NCBI GenBank assembly: GCA_050741975.1
Contig: JBOGET010000017.1
Location: forward strand, 14,456-78,455
Length of the DNA stretch: 64,000 nt
Direction: 5' to 3'
Source: Acidimicrobiia bacterium
GTDB lineage: Bacteria; Actinomycetota; Acidimicrobiia; Spongiisociales; ZC4RG35
Within the stretch, counting starts at the first letter, position 1. Each line of letters starts with the position of its first letter. Below are positions 1 to 8,425 of the stretch, piece by piece. Under the pieces are notes generated by a model. That model saw nothing but the letters and a program-made list of their open reading frames with translations. It was not told the DNA's origin and did not search any database. The position numbers and the translations under genes were made by a program.

Positions 1-133
1 GTCTGGGGCAGACTCGACGACCACCTCCTTGCAGGATCGTCGTCGAAACGGGCCGCCCTCCGCTAGCCGATCGGGCCGGGCTATGGCCACATGCCGGGCC
101 CGTACTACTTTGTGCGCAAAGAGAGGAGCATCG

Positions 134-490
134 TTGGCTGTCAGACCGACGCATTTCGAGTTCTATTCGGCCGAGCCCGAGGCAACCGTCGAGTTTCTCA
201 CAACCGTGTTCGGGTGGCGTGCCCAGCAATGGGAGGACCAGGAATACTGGTTGTTGGAGACCGGAGAAGGGCCGGGGATCAATGGCGCCGTGACCCGGGC
301 CGGCGACGAAGGGCCGAAGACGCTCAACACCTGTGACGTCGAAGACCTCGACGCCGCCATCGAGGCGGTGCGGATCGGGGGGGGACAGCTCTTGACCGAC
401 ATCATGGAGGTTCCCGGCGTGGGGAGATGGGTCCAGGTCGAAGGTCCCGGTGGTGAGGAGTTCGGTCTCATGGAACCGGCTCCGGAGTAG
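134..490 (+). CDS. VOC (glyoxalase/bleomycin-resistance/dioxygenase) family protein
   Basis: ORF 29..490. The core FEFYSAEPEATVEFLTTVFGW...GVGRWVQVEGPGGEEFGLMEP looks like a small VOC protein. Start moved to TTG 134, which has a GAGAGGAG SD a few nt upstream. Confidence 0.65.
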   Translation: MAVRPTHFEFYSAEPEATVEFLTTVFGWRAQQWEDQEYWLLETGEGPGINGAVTRAGDEGPKTLNTCDVEDLDAAIEAVRIGGGQLLTDIMEVPGVGRWVQVEGPGGEEFGLMEPAPE

Positions 491-524
491 GCAGGGGTCG
501 GCGGCTCTCGACCGACGGCGGCGC

Positions 525-1460
525 TCACCCCTTCCGCTGGGGGGATAATGCCGTGTTTGCGCCGGAGATGACGGCAACGACGCTCTCCCCGGGCTCGGGC
601 GTGTAGGCCCCTGTGGTGAGTGCGGCGATGGGCGCACAGGCGGCGGGCTCCGCCAGGACCCGACACGTGTCCCAGAGCCATCGCTGGGCCTCGATGATGG
701 CGTCGTCAGACACCAACAGCGACCGGTCGATCCAGCCGTTGGCGGTCCAGGCGAGCTCGCCGAGTCGGGCGGCGCCCAGCGCCGAGGCGGCCACTCCCCC
801 GACGTCCACCTCGACCGGTCCCCCCGATCGGCGTGCCTCGTAGAGGGTGGGGCATAACTCCGGCTCGACACCGACGATCCTGGCCCCGGTGCGCACCCAG
901 CTGGCAATGCCACCGATCAACCCGCCCCCGCCGACCGCGACCACGATGGTGCTGACTTGGGGAACCGGTTTCATGATCTCCCGACCACAAGTGCCCTGAC
1001 CGGCAACCACCTCGGGATCGTCGTAGGCATGGGCCTCGAATGCACCCGATTCGGCCGCCCAATCCCGAGAGCTCTCCAGGGCTTGGGCGTAGTAGCCCGG
1101 CACCACTCGGACCACGGCCCCGTAATCGGCGATGCGGCCGATCTTCTCCTCGGGCGAGGTGGCGGGGACAAAGATCGTCGCCCTCAGCCCGAGGACCCTG
1201 GCCGCGTAGGCGACGGCGAGACCGAAGTTCCCGCCTGAGGCGGCGACCACCCCCGCCTCGGGGATCGCGGCCGCGGTCAGCGCCGAGAATGCCCCGCGAA
1301 CCTTGAAGGATCCGGTGGGTTGCATCGAGTCCAGCTTCAGGATGAGCCGGTGGCGGGTGTCGAGACCGTGTCCGAGGTCGGCAACGGGAGTCTGCCGGGT
1401 GTGAGGCCCGATCCGCCGAGACGCTCGCTCGATGTCCTCTCTGGTTATTCCTAGGCTCAC
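525..1460 (-). CDS. PLP-dependent serine/threonine dehydratase family protein
   Basis: ORF 525..1580 contains SFKVRGAF (PLP-lysine motif) and a GGGGL glycine loop. Start trimmed to GTG 1460 (VSLGITREDIERA...) to remove overlap with divergent kynU. Confidence 0.75.
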   Translation of the reverse strand: MSLGITREDIERASRRIGPHTRQTPVADLGHGLDTRHRLILKLDSMQPTGSFKVRGAFSALTAAAIPEAGVVAASGGNFGLAVAYAARVLGLRATIFVPATSPEEKIGRIADYGAVVRVVPGYYAQALESSRDWAAESGAFEAHAYDDPEVVAGQGTCGREIMKPVPQVSTIVVAVGGGGLIGGIASWVRTGARIVGVEPELCPTLYEARRSGGPVEVDVGGVAASALGAARLGELAWTANGWIDRSLLVSDDAIIEAQRWLWDTCRVLAEPAACAPIAALTTGAYTPEPGESVVAVISGANTALSPQRKG

Positions 1461-1470
1461 GGCCGAGAGT

Positions 1471-2754
1471 ATGACCACGATCGAGCTCGGCCCGTTTCGC
1501 TCGGCTCCCGGATTCGAAGAGGCGGTCGAGTTGGATCGCGCCGACCCGCTGGCTGGGTTCAGGGAGCGATACGTCTTCACCGATCCCGACCTGATCTATC
1601 TGGATGGGAACTCACTGGGACGTCTGCCGAAGCGAGGGCGCGAGATCATCGACCGGGTTGTGGGCCACGAGTGGGGCGACCGGCTCATCCGCTCCTGGAA
1701 CGAGGGTTGGTGGGAGCTCCAGCTCGCATTGGGCGATCGTCTGGCCCCGCTCCTCGGGGCCGCGCCCGGCGAGGTGATCCTCTCCGACTCGACGTCGGTG
1801 AACCTGTACAAGCTGGCCATTGCCGCCCTGCGGGCTCGAGGGGAGCGAGTCAAGATCGTCACCGACGACCTCAACTTCCCGACAGATGTCTACGTCCTCC
1901 GGGGCCTGGCCGAGGCCAATGGCGCCCAACTGGAAGTCGTCGCTTCAGAAGGGAGCTCGGGCCCGATAGCCGGGCTGGAAGCAGCCATCGACGAGCACAC
2001 CGCGCTGGTGTCCCTCTCCCACACGACGTTCAAATCCGGGTACACCTACGATCTGGACGCCGTGACCGCTATGGCGCATCGGGCCGGAGCCCTGGTCCTG
2101 TGGGACCTGAGTCATTCGGCAGGGATCGTGTCCATCGATCTCGGCGGAACCGGCGTCGACCTTGCGGTCGGATGCACCTACAAATACCTCAACGGGGGGC
2201 CGGGGTCGCCGGCGTTCCTCTATGTCCGCTCCGACCTGCAGGAGAGCCTGGACAACCCGATCACCGCCTGGTGGGGCCACGCCGACCCGTTCGCCTTCGA
2301 TCTGGAGTTCCGACCGGTGACCGGCATCCGCAAGTTCCACACCGGGACCATGCCCGTTATCTCTCTCGCCGCCATCGAGGCCGGGATCGACGACGTCGAG
2401 GAGGCCGGGGTGACGCGATTGCGCACCAAGTCCGTCTCTCTGACCGAGTTCCTCATCTCCCGATGGGAGGAGCATCTGGCGTCCCTCGGCTTCGCCCTCG
2501 CCTCCCCACGTGACCCGGCCGTCCGAGGCTCGCACGTCGCCCTGTCCCATCCCGAGGCATGGCCGATCGCCCGGGCCCTGGTCGAGGTGGGGAAGGTGAT
2601 CACAGACTTCCGGGCCCCGGACAGTCTGAGACTCGGGATGGCACCGATGTACACCAGCTTTCTCGATGTGCACACCACGGTGCACAGGATCCGGGCCGTA
2701 GTCGAGTCGGGGGTATATCGCGACTACACCGGAATCGACGTCACAGTGACCTGA
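1471..2754 (+). CDS. kynU: kynureninase
   Basis: ORF 1432..2754 has YLDGNSLGRLP, SHTTFKSGY and CTYKYLNGGPGSPAFLYV, typical of kynureninase. ATG 1471 chosen as start. Confidence 0.8.
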   Translation: MTTIELGPFRSAPGFEEAVELDRADPLAGFRERYVFTDPDLIYLDGNSLGRLPKRGREIIDRVVGHEWGDRLIRSWNEGWWELQLALGDRLAPLLGAAPGEVILSDSTSVNLYKLAIAALRARGERVKIVTDDLNFPTDVYVLRGLAEANGAQLEVVASEGSSGPIAGLEAAIDEHTALVSLSHTTFKSGYTYDLDAVTAMAHRAGALVLWDLSHSAGIVSIDLGGTGVDLAVGCTYKYLNGGPGSPAFLYVRSDLQESLDNPITAWWGHADPFAFDLEFRPVTGIRKFHTGTMPVISLAAIEAGIDDVEEAGVTRLRTKSVSLTEFLISRWEEHLASLGFALASPRDPAVRGSHVALSHPEAWPIARALVEVGKVITDFRAPDSLRLGMAPMYTSFLDVHTTVHRIRAVVESGVYRDYTGIDVTVT

Positions 2755-2927
2755 GGGTGGCCGAGGGGCGAAGTCGGCCGACAGACGCGGCAGAAGTCTT
2801 CTCGAACAAGGTCGGGAACGACGAATGGGCCTACCTGTAGAACACGGTCCGATCTACACGTGGCTGATGAGTTGCTCTCGGCTGTCGGCCTGCCCCGACA
2901 TTTCGGTCCAGGCTTGGGGGGATTGGC

Positions 2928-3440
2928 GTGAAAAGACTGACTGGGTTCGTGCTCGCTCCGGCGATGGTGGGCGCCGCTCACCGCCACCTTTACGGGCACG
3001 ATCACCGACGATCCCACCATGCCCGTGGTGGGTATCAGCACACCCACTTGATCGTTCCCGTCCATTATCAGGTGACTACGAGGTGGTGGTGCAATCACCC
3101 GACCCGCCACCGGGCACGGTGGGTGGATCCGGTGACCGGCGAGTGGCACCTGCGCAACCGGGCGGGTCTGGTAGCCAGCTTCTTCTATGGGAATCCCGGG
3201 GATGTGCCGTTTATGGGTGACTGGGACTGCGACGGTGTGGACACTCCCGGGTTGTTCTGCCCGTGGCCGGCGCGTTCGGGCTGGACTGACCCTTTCTTTC
3301 GTTGTGTGGCGAGGTTCCGGGGCCCGCTGGGCCGACCTGCGGAGGAAATCGCCTATGCATTCACAAGCGCGGCAGTTTTACGGCACAGCCGGGCGCTTCG
3401 ATCCACGATCTCCAGAGTCGGCGTCGATACGCCTCGCTAG
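2928..3440 (+). pseudogene. Degraded secreted repeat protein (FG-GAP-like GDWDxDGxDTPG repeats), multiple frameshifts
   Basis: A signal-like N-terminus (MKRLTGFVLAPAMVGAA) is present. One intact repeat reads FFYGNPGDVPFMGDWDCDGVDTPGLF. A second repeat is split across frames (QFYGTAG in one frame, VGVDTPR in another). Sensible sequence (PLTATFTGTITDDPTMPVVGISTP) appears in a third frame. Confidence 0.35.
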
Positions 3441-3456
3441 TGGCTAGCTATTTCGA

Positions 3457-3534
3457 TGGTGGGCGATACTGGACTTGAACCAGTGACCTCTCGCGTGTGA
3501 GGCGAGCGCTCTAGCCGGGCTGAGCTAATCGCCC
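3457..3534 (-). tRNA. tRNA-Val (anticodon CAC), CCA encoded
   Basis: Reverse complement is GGGCGATTAGCTCAGCCCGGCTAGAGCGCTCGCCTCACACGCGAGAGGTCACTGGTTCAAGTCCAGTATCGCCCACCA. It folds as a cloverleaf with anticodon loop CUCACAC. Confidence 0.9.
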
Positions 3535-3670
3535 TTGGGGGAGAGTCAGAATACCGAGTCGCGCGCGGTAGGGACATCCGACATTCACCCCTCGTTTGGG
3601 CGGCATGGCCCGGCAGGGGGCCCTTAGAGTCGTATCCATTGGTTGGATCGATCTCGAGGAGGAGAAGACG

Positions 3671-4099
3671 ATGACCACCGAGCCACCAGCGACTCCGGAC
3701 CCGACGCCTGCCCCGGAACCGCCCGTGCCACAGGCAGGTACGGCATCGCCCTTGAGCAATATGTCGGGCCAAACCATGGTGATGATCGCGGGGATTTTGG
3801 TTGTCGCCGTCTTCTTGATCTTCGGGCTGATCGCAGACGAGTGGTATCCACCCTTTGAATCCATCGTCGTCGCTTCATTCGCCATTCTCATACCGCTGAC
3901 CAAGACCGAGTCGATAGGTGGACTTTCGGCGGGCACTCTCCTGACCCTGGTCGGCTACTGGCTTGCCGTGGCCGGTGCCTGGGACTTCATCGAAGACATA
4001 AGGTTCGGATGGGGCGGGCCCGAGGATGTCATTGCGTCGCTGATCCTCGCCGCTGCCGCCGTCGTCGCATTCCTCGGGGCCCGGGCCATAAAAGCTTGA
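3671..4099 (+). CDS. hypothetical integral membrane protein (Pro/Thr-rich N-terminus, about 4 TM segments)
   Basis: ORF 3596..4099. ATG 3671 follows GGAGGAGAAG. Hydrophobic stretches include MVMIAGILVVAVFLIFGLI and LILAAAAVVAFLG. Confidence 0.55.
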   Translation: MTTEPPATPDPTPAPEPPVPQAGTASPLSNMSGQTMVMIAGILVVAVFLIFGLIADEWYPPFESIVVASFAILIPLTKTESIGGLSAGTLLTLVGYWLAVAGAWDFIEDIRFGWGGPEDVIASLILAAAAVVAFLGARAIKA

Positions 4100-4107
4100 G
4101 CCGATTC

Positions 4108-4131
4108 GGGCAATTGGTGATTCAATTGCCC
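4108..4131. other. Perfect 9-bp hairpin GGGCAATTG-N6-CAATTGCCC
   Basis: Read directly. It sits between the stop at 4099 and the GTG start at 4133. It may be a terminator-like or regulatory stem, and has no T-tract. Confidence 0.5.
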
Positions 4132-4132
4132 C

Positions 4133-4474
4133 GTGAACCGAGCCGAATTCGAGGCTGCCGTCGATCGGGCCCTTGAGGGCCTGCCCGCCTGGGTGATCGA
4201 GCGTGTGGACAATCTCCATGTGGTGGTCGAGGACCGGCCCTCACCCGAGCAGGGGGACGTCCTCGGCTTGTACGAGGGAGTCTCTCTGCTCGAGCGATCG
4301 GGTGACTATTGGGGTGCCCTTCCCGACCGGATCGTGGTCTACCGGGAGCCACATCTCGAGCTCGCATTGAGCGACGGCGAGTTGGAGGAGGAGATCCGGA
4401 GAACGGTCCTCCACGAATTGGCCCATCACCTAGGCATCGACGACGACCGGTTGGAAGAGCTCGGTTGGGATTAG
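4133..4474 (+). CDS. metallopeptidase family protein (small zinc-dependent, HExxH)
   Basis: 113 aa with the HELAHHLG motif. The N-terminal FEAAVDRALEGLP...VVVEDRP pattern matches the small actinobacterial 'metallopeptidase family protein'. Confidence 0.75.
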   Translation: MNRAEFEAAVDRALEGLPAWVIERVDNLHVVVEDRPSPEQGDVLGLYEGVSLLERSGDYWGALPDRIVVYREPHLELALSDGELEEEIRRTVLHELAHHLGIDDDRLEELGWD

Positions 4475-4873
4475 TCAGGATCGGCGACGTGTCTCGGGAA
4501 TACCGGCCTGGCGGAGCAGGTCCGCCGGGACACCGAACTGACGCCAAGTCGTGTAGCTGATCCCTTTACGCTCCGAATAGGACTTGGCGTGAGCCGCAAA
4601 CCCGGCGGCGAGCTCTTCGAGATTCGATCCTTTTCCGCTGCTTCCCAATGCTTGTTCGATATCGACCTTGGTTTGCATGAGATCGAGTCTCTTCAGGGGA
4701 TCGACCTCTGATTCCAGCTTGGCATCCACCCTGGCCAGCCTCTTCGCGAGACTGTCCTTTGTCACGGGCCGTCCCGGCTTTCTCGCCGCCAACGCATTGA
4801 GATAAGCCTTGATCGACCGGGCCTCGAGTCGTCCCTGCGCCAATGCGTCCTTGTGCTCCTTTGACATCGCCAT
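4475..4873 (-). CDS. hypothetical protein (132 aa, charged/helical)
   Basis: The 5' part of ORF 4475..5119 runs through tRNA genes, so the start was trimmed to ATG 4873 (MAMSKEHKDALAQGRLEAR...). No family recognised. Confidence 0.5.
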   Translation of the reverse strand: MAMSKEHKDALAQGRLEARSIKAYLNALAARKPGRPVTKDSLAKRLARVDAKLESEVDPLKRLDLMQTKVDIEQALGSSGKGSNLEELAAGFAAHAKSYSERKGISYTTWRQFGVPADLLRQAGIPETRRRS

Positions 4874-4952
4874 CCTGGCTGCTCCTATCGTCGGTATTCG
4901 ACCGGATGCTACATCTATTCGGAGCATTAATGATGACGTACCCGACAAGGCA

Positions 4953-4976
4953 AACCCCCGCTGATTTGCGGGGGTT
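4953..4976 (-). terminator. Intrinsic terminator downstream of the tRNA Gly-Cys-Val cluster
   Basis: The minus-strand RNA AACCCCCGC-AAAUCA-GCGGGGGUUUGCC has an 8-9 bp GC stem followed by UUU. It lies about 10 nt after the tRNA-Val(GAC) 3' end. Confidence 0.6.
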
Positions 4977-4986
4977 CTCACTCTCG

Positions 4987-5061
4987 TGGGCCCTACTGGA
5001 CTTGAACCAGTGACCTCTTGCGTGTCGAGCAAGCGCTCTAGCCTGGCTGAGCTAAGGGCCC
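4987..5061 (-). tRNA. tRNA-Val (anticodon GAC)
   Basis: Reverse complement is GGGCCCTTAGCTCAGCCAGGCTAGAGCGCTTGCTCGACACGCAAGAGGTCACTGGTTCAAGTCCAGTAGGGCCCA. The anticodon loop reads U-C-G-A-C-A-C, so position 33 is C. CCA is not encoded. Confidence 0.85.
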
Positions 5062-5062
5062 G

Positions 5063-5133
5063 AGGCGACGACCGGAATCGAACCGGTGTGACGGGTTTTG
5101 CAGACCCGCGCCTAACCACTCGGCCACGTCGCC
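5063..5133 (-). tRNA. tRNA-Cys (anticodon GCA)
   Basis: Reverse complement is GGCGACGTGGCCGAGTGGTTAGGCGCGGGTCTGCAAAACCCGTCACACCGGTTCGATTCCGGTCGTCGCCT, with anticodon loop CUGCAAA. Confidence 0.9.
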
Positions 5134-5160
5134 GGGACCGGATGACTCGAGCGTCGTCGG

Positions 5161-5234
5161 AGCGGAAGACGGGATTCGAACCCGCGACCTCAACCTTGGC
5201 AAGGTTGCGCTCTAGCCAACTGAGCTACTTCCGC
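5161..5234 (-). tRNA. tRNA-Gly (anticodon GCC)
   Basis: Reverse complement is GCGGAAGTAGCTCAGTTGGCTAGAGCGCAACCTTGCCAAGGTTGAGGTCGCGGGTTCGAATCCCGTCTTCCGCT, with anticodon loop UUGCCAA. Confidence 0.9.
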
Positions 5235-5279
5235 ACGGGCGACGCATTGTAACCGGCCGTCTATGCCAACCAAACGAGG

Positions 5280-5708
5280 TCACGAGCCCGTCGACCCGAA
5301 GCCATCGGACCCTCGGGAGGTCTGGTCGAGCTCTTTCACCTCCACCCATTCCACGGCCGCCACCGGCACCACCGCGAGCTGTGCGATCCGGTCTCCCTTG
5401 GCGAAGCTCACCCTCTCCGAACCGTGATTGATGAGCAGGACCGACACCTCGCCCCGGTATCCGGAGTCGATGAGCCCGGGGCCGTTGACCACGCCCACCC
5501 CGAGACGACGGGCGTGCCCGCTACGGGGCAGGACCAGGCCGGCGAAACCGTCGGGGATGGCCACGGCGAGCCCGGTGGGCACCGCAGCCCTCTCCCCCGG
5601 TTCGAGAGTTATCGCATATCTGGCCTGAAGATCGACCGCCGCATCGCCGATATGTGATCTCGTGGGAATTTCCACTTCCGGATCGAGTCTTTGGAAACTA
5701 GCTTGCAT
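5280..5708 (-). CDS. dut: dUTP diphosphatase
   Basis: ORF 5280..5783 has GDAAVDL, PRSG and GLIDSGYRGE motifs. Start placed at ATG 5708. Confidence 0.85.
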   Translation of the reverse strand: MQASFQRLDPEVEIPTRSHIGDAAVDLQARYAITLEPGERAAVPTGLAVAIPDGFAGLVLPRSGHARRLGVGVVNGPGLIDSGYRGEVSVLLINHGSERVSFAKGDRIAQLAVVPVAAVEWVEVKELDQTSRGSDGFGSTGS

Positions 5709-5756
5709 CGCGGTGTCACGGGGCATCGGGCGGGATGACCTCACGACTGTAAATGA

Positions 5757-6821
5757 GTGTGCCCGATGACCGCCACCTCCCACCCCAAACGCAGCTTCAT
5801 GCGTCTGGCCTCGATGGAGTCGCTGGGCTTCTTCGACGCCCCCGGCCGCGTCTGGACCACGCCCTCAATCGCCTCGACTCCAGAGACCGCCGCTTCGTTT
5901 GACCCTTCCCAAACCACGGAGTTGGTGGTGTTGCCGACGGGCAGGCACAGCCGGCACGCCCGGCCCACCGGAGAGCTGGTCCGAGATATGTGGGACTCGA
6001 CGGAGCTCCACGCTCCTTCGCTGGTGGATTGGGCACCGCACGGCTTCGGCACCAAGCATCTGGGCCGACGTCGCTTCCGCTGGCCGATGCTCCTGCTCCT
6101 CATCGTCACGACGCTGGCGCTGGCCGGCGCCGCTCTCTGGCTCTACAAGGAACCGGGCAACGCCGCCACCATGGCAATGGGCCAGGTTCGAGCCGAGGCG
6201 GAAGCCCTGTCGATCGCCATCGACCAGGTGTCGCCCCTGATCCCCGGGCTCGACTCAGAGCGTCTGCCCGAGGCGAACCAAGACGCCTCCGTCTACCTCG
6301 AAATGGGTGAGCGGGCCAAGGCGATGTTCGCCGCCTCGGCAGACCTGCCTACGGATGATTCGGCCGACCGGTCCGCCGCCGCCGCCGCCGCAGGCCTCGC
6401 CATCGACGCCTCCCATCAACTCATCGATGCAACCGCCTATCGAACCGCCCTCGAGCCTGCCCTCACCCTGCCTCTCCTCGAGACAGACTCCAACCTGACC
6501 GACCTCACCACGGCGACCCAAGCCTTCACCGAGTGGCGCGCCGGGCTCGAGTCGGTCCGAGCGGCTCTGCCCACCGGTGTCGCCGCCCAGGCCTCAGCGG
6601 CACTCGAAGAGCTCAGTGCCGGGCTCGAGGCGACCCAGACCGACTACCTGGATGCACTCCGAACCGACAACAGGACCGCCGCCGTCGAGGCCCTGGGCGC
6701 TCTGCGCGCGGAGCTGCAGACGGTGAGACAGGCGATGCTGACAGACATTGGTGAGATCTCGACCGAGGTGTCAGGTCTCATCGACGAGGCCAGGGCCGGT
6801 CTGGCCCGGCTACTCGGCTGA
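5757..6821 (+). CDS. hypothetical membrane-anchored Ala-rich protein
   Basis: ORF 5757..6821 has one TM segment (MLLLLIVTTLALAGAALWLY) followed by an Ala/Leu-rich helical region. Start uncertain (GTG 5757 or ATG 5766). Confidence 0.45.
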   Translation: MCPMTATSHPKRSFMRLASMESLGFFDAPGRVWTTPSIASTPETAASFDPSQTTELVVLPTGRHSRHARPTGELVRDMWDSTELHAPSLVDWAPHGFGTKHLGRRRFRWPMLLLLIVTTLALAGAALWLYKEPGNAATMAMGQVRAEAEALSIAIDQVSPLIPGLDSERLPEANQDASVYLEMGERAKAMFAASADLPTDDSADRSAAAAAAGLAIDASHQLIDATAYRTALEPALTLPLLETDSNLTDLTTATQAFTEWRAGLESVRAALPTGVAAQASAALEELSAGLEATQTDYLDALRTDNRTAAVEALGALRAELQTVRQAMLTDIGEISTEVSGLIDEARAGLARLLG

Positions 6822-7259
6822 TTCCAGGGCGGCGACTTCCTTCTCGAAGTCGGCGGCGTCCTGGAACTCCTTGTAGACGGAGGCAAAGCGCAGATAACCC
6901 ACCTCGTCGAGGGCACGGAGACGCTCCAGGACCTCCCTTCCGATGTCCTCGGAGCTGACTTGCGACCCTTGGCCATGGAGTGAGGCTTCGACCTCCTCGG
7001 CGAGACTCTCGATCGACGACCCCGACACCGGGCGATCGGCCAGCGCCGCCGAGATCCCTGCAGCCAGCTTCGCCGCCGAGAACGGCTCGAGCCGGCCGTT
7101 TCTCTTGCGAACCATCAGTTGTGGTTCCAACCGCTCGTAGGTGGTGAAGCGGTGGCCGCAGCTCTCGCACTCCCGGCGTCGGCGTATGGCCTGTCCGCCT
7201 TCGGCGGGTCGGCTGTCGATGACACGAGTGCTGGGGGCACCGCAAACCGGGCAGAGCAT
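6810..7259 (-). CDS. nrdR: transcriptional repressor NrdR
   Basis: MLCPVCGAPSTRVIDSRPAEGGQAIRRRRECESCGHRFTTYE forms the zinc ribbon, followed by an ATP-cone. 149 aa. Confidence 0.9.
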   Translation of the reverse strand: MLCPVCGAPSTRVIDSRPAEGGQAIRRRRECESCGHRFTTYERLEPQLMVRKRNGRLEPFSAAKLAAGISAALADRPVSGSSIESLAEEVEASLHGQGSQVSSEDIGREVLERLRALDEVGYLRFASVYKEFQDAADFEKEVAALESAE

Positions 7260-7336
7260 CGACGCAGGGTATACCTCATGTCCCGGGCTTGGCCCTCAGA
7301 TCAGGTCATGTGGGGGCGAGCGCCGACTCCTGTCCC

Positions 7337-7618
7337 TCAAGCGGTCGGGATCAGAAGGACCTGACCGGGGATGATCGAACCGGCCTCGGCTCCGCTCAAC
7401 CGGGCGATATCGGCCACGAGACGACGCACGTCCTGGTCGGGTCCGGCGTTGAGCGATGCGATACCCCACAAGGTGTCGCCGCTCTGCACCACGTACTCGA
7501 TCGGGTCCGATGCGGGGATGTCGGCCTCCGCCGAACCGCCGATCATGAGGAAGACCACGCAGACGACTGCGAGAAGCACGGACAGCCGGACGGACAGCTG
7601 AAGGTTTGCCATCTGCAT
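7337..7618 (-). CDS. small TM + LysM domain protein, YneA/ChiZ-like candidate SOS cell-division inhibitor
   Basis: 93 aa with an N-terminal TM (LSVLLAVVCVVFLMIGG) and LysM (YVVQSGDTLWGIA...GQVLLIP). It is divergent from lexA and shares the LexA-box region. Confidence 0.7.
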   Translation of the reverse strand: MQMANLQLSVRLSVLLAVVCVVFLMIGGSAEADIPASDPIEYVVQSGDTLWGIASLNAGPDQDVRRLVADIARLSGAEAGSIIPGQVLLIPTA

Positions 7619-7669
7619 CTGGTCTTCCTCCTGATCGGGCCCTTGCGGGTTGCTGGATGCAGTCCGATG

Positions 7670-7685
7670 TCGAACATGCGTTCGT
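7670..7685. promoter_or_regulatory. LexA (SOS) box 1: TCGAAC-ATGC-GTTCGT
   Basis: Matches the actinobacterial/Gram-positive consensus TCGAAC-N4-GTTCGA. Located in the lexA/LysM divergent intergenic region. Confidence 0.8.
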
Positions 7686-7692
7686 CACTCTA

Positions 7693-7708
7693 ACGAACAG
7701 ACGTTCGA
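7693..7708. promoter_or_regulatory. LexA (SOS) box 2: ACGAAC-AGAC-GTTCGA
   Basis: Consensus match read directly. Confidence 0.8.
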
Positions 7709-7721
7709 TGTCAAGGAGGAA

Positions 7722-7737
7722 CCGAACAGATGTTTGG
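7722..7737. promoter_or_regulatory. LexA (SOS) box 3: CCGAAC-AGAT-GTTTGG (weaker)
   Basis: The left half-site is perfect. The right half-site reads GTTTG. Confidence 0.6.
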
Positions 7738-7739
7738 CT

Positions 7740-7755
7740 CCGAACTCTTGTTCGA
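7740..7755. promoter_or_regulatory. LexA (SOS) box 4: CCGAAC-TCTT-GTTCGA
   Basis: Consensus match about 50 nt upstream of the lexA start. Confidence 0.8.
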
Positions 7756-7804
7756 TTAGGCTGCAGGTCATCGGAGTCCATACGAGGGCCCGGAAGGAGT
7801 CACG

Positions 7805-8425
7805 GTGCTCAGCGAACGTCAGCAACAGGTGTTGGACTACATAAGGAAGACGGTGGCCGATCGCGGTTACCCGCCGTCGGTGCGGGAGATCGGGGAGGCA
7901 ATCGGTCTCTCCTCGCCGTCGACCGTGCACTCCCATCTCTCCGCCCTGGTCAAAGCCGGGGCGATCAGACGAGACCCGACCAAGCCGCGGGCGATCATGA
8001 TCGTCGAGGATGCCGAGAAGGTGGCCGCACCACTCCCCGACCGGGTCCGGGAAGTCCCGGTCCTGGGCCGTATCGCCGCCGGGACCCCGATCCTCGCCGC
8101 CGAGCACGTCGAGGACGTGCTCCTCCTGCCCGTCGACCTCGTGGGCAACGACCCGGTGTTCCTGCTCGAGGTCAAGGGTGACTCCATGATCGATGCCGGG
8201 ATCTTCGAAGGCGACCTGGTGGCCGTCCGCAGCCAGAAGGACGCTCGAGACGGTGAGATCGTGGCAGCGTTGATCGACGGCGAGGAGGCGACCGTGAAGC
8301 GACTCCGTCGTCGCCAGGGGAAGGTCATTCTCGAGGCCGAGAACCCGGCCTACGAGCCGCTGGTGTTCAGCGATGGGGTGGAATTGGTGGGGAAGGTGGT
8401 CAGCGTCCTCCGCCGCTACCCCTGA
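7805..8425 (+). CDS. lexA: LexA repressor
   Basis: N-terminal wHTH (LSERQQQVLDYIRKTVADRGYPPSVREIGEAIGLSSPSTVHSHL). The AG cleavage site lies in GRIAAGTPILA. The S24 peptidase Ser/Lys appear as VKGDSM...KRL. Confidence 0.95.
   Translation: MLSERQQQVLDYIRKTVADRGYPPSVREIGEAIGLSSPSTVHSHLSALVKAGAIRRDPTKPRAIMIVEDAEKVAAPLPDRVREVPVLGRIAAGTPILAAEHVEDVLLLPVDLVGNDPVFLLEVKGDSMIDAGIFEGDLVAVRSQKDARDGEIVAALIDGEEATVKRLRRRQGKVILEAENPAYEPLVFSDGVELVGKVVSVLRRYP

Noticed and set aside
3441-5279. tRNA-flanked region as a possible integrated element or att site
   Set aside because: No integrase, excisionase or direct repeat of a tRNA 3' end was seen. The genes between the tRNAs are small conserved chromosomal-type genes.
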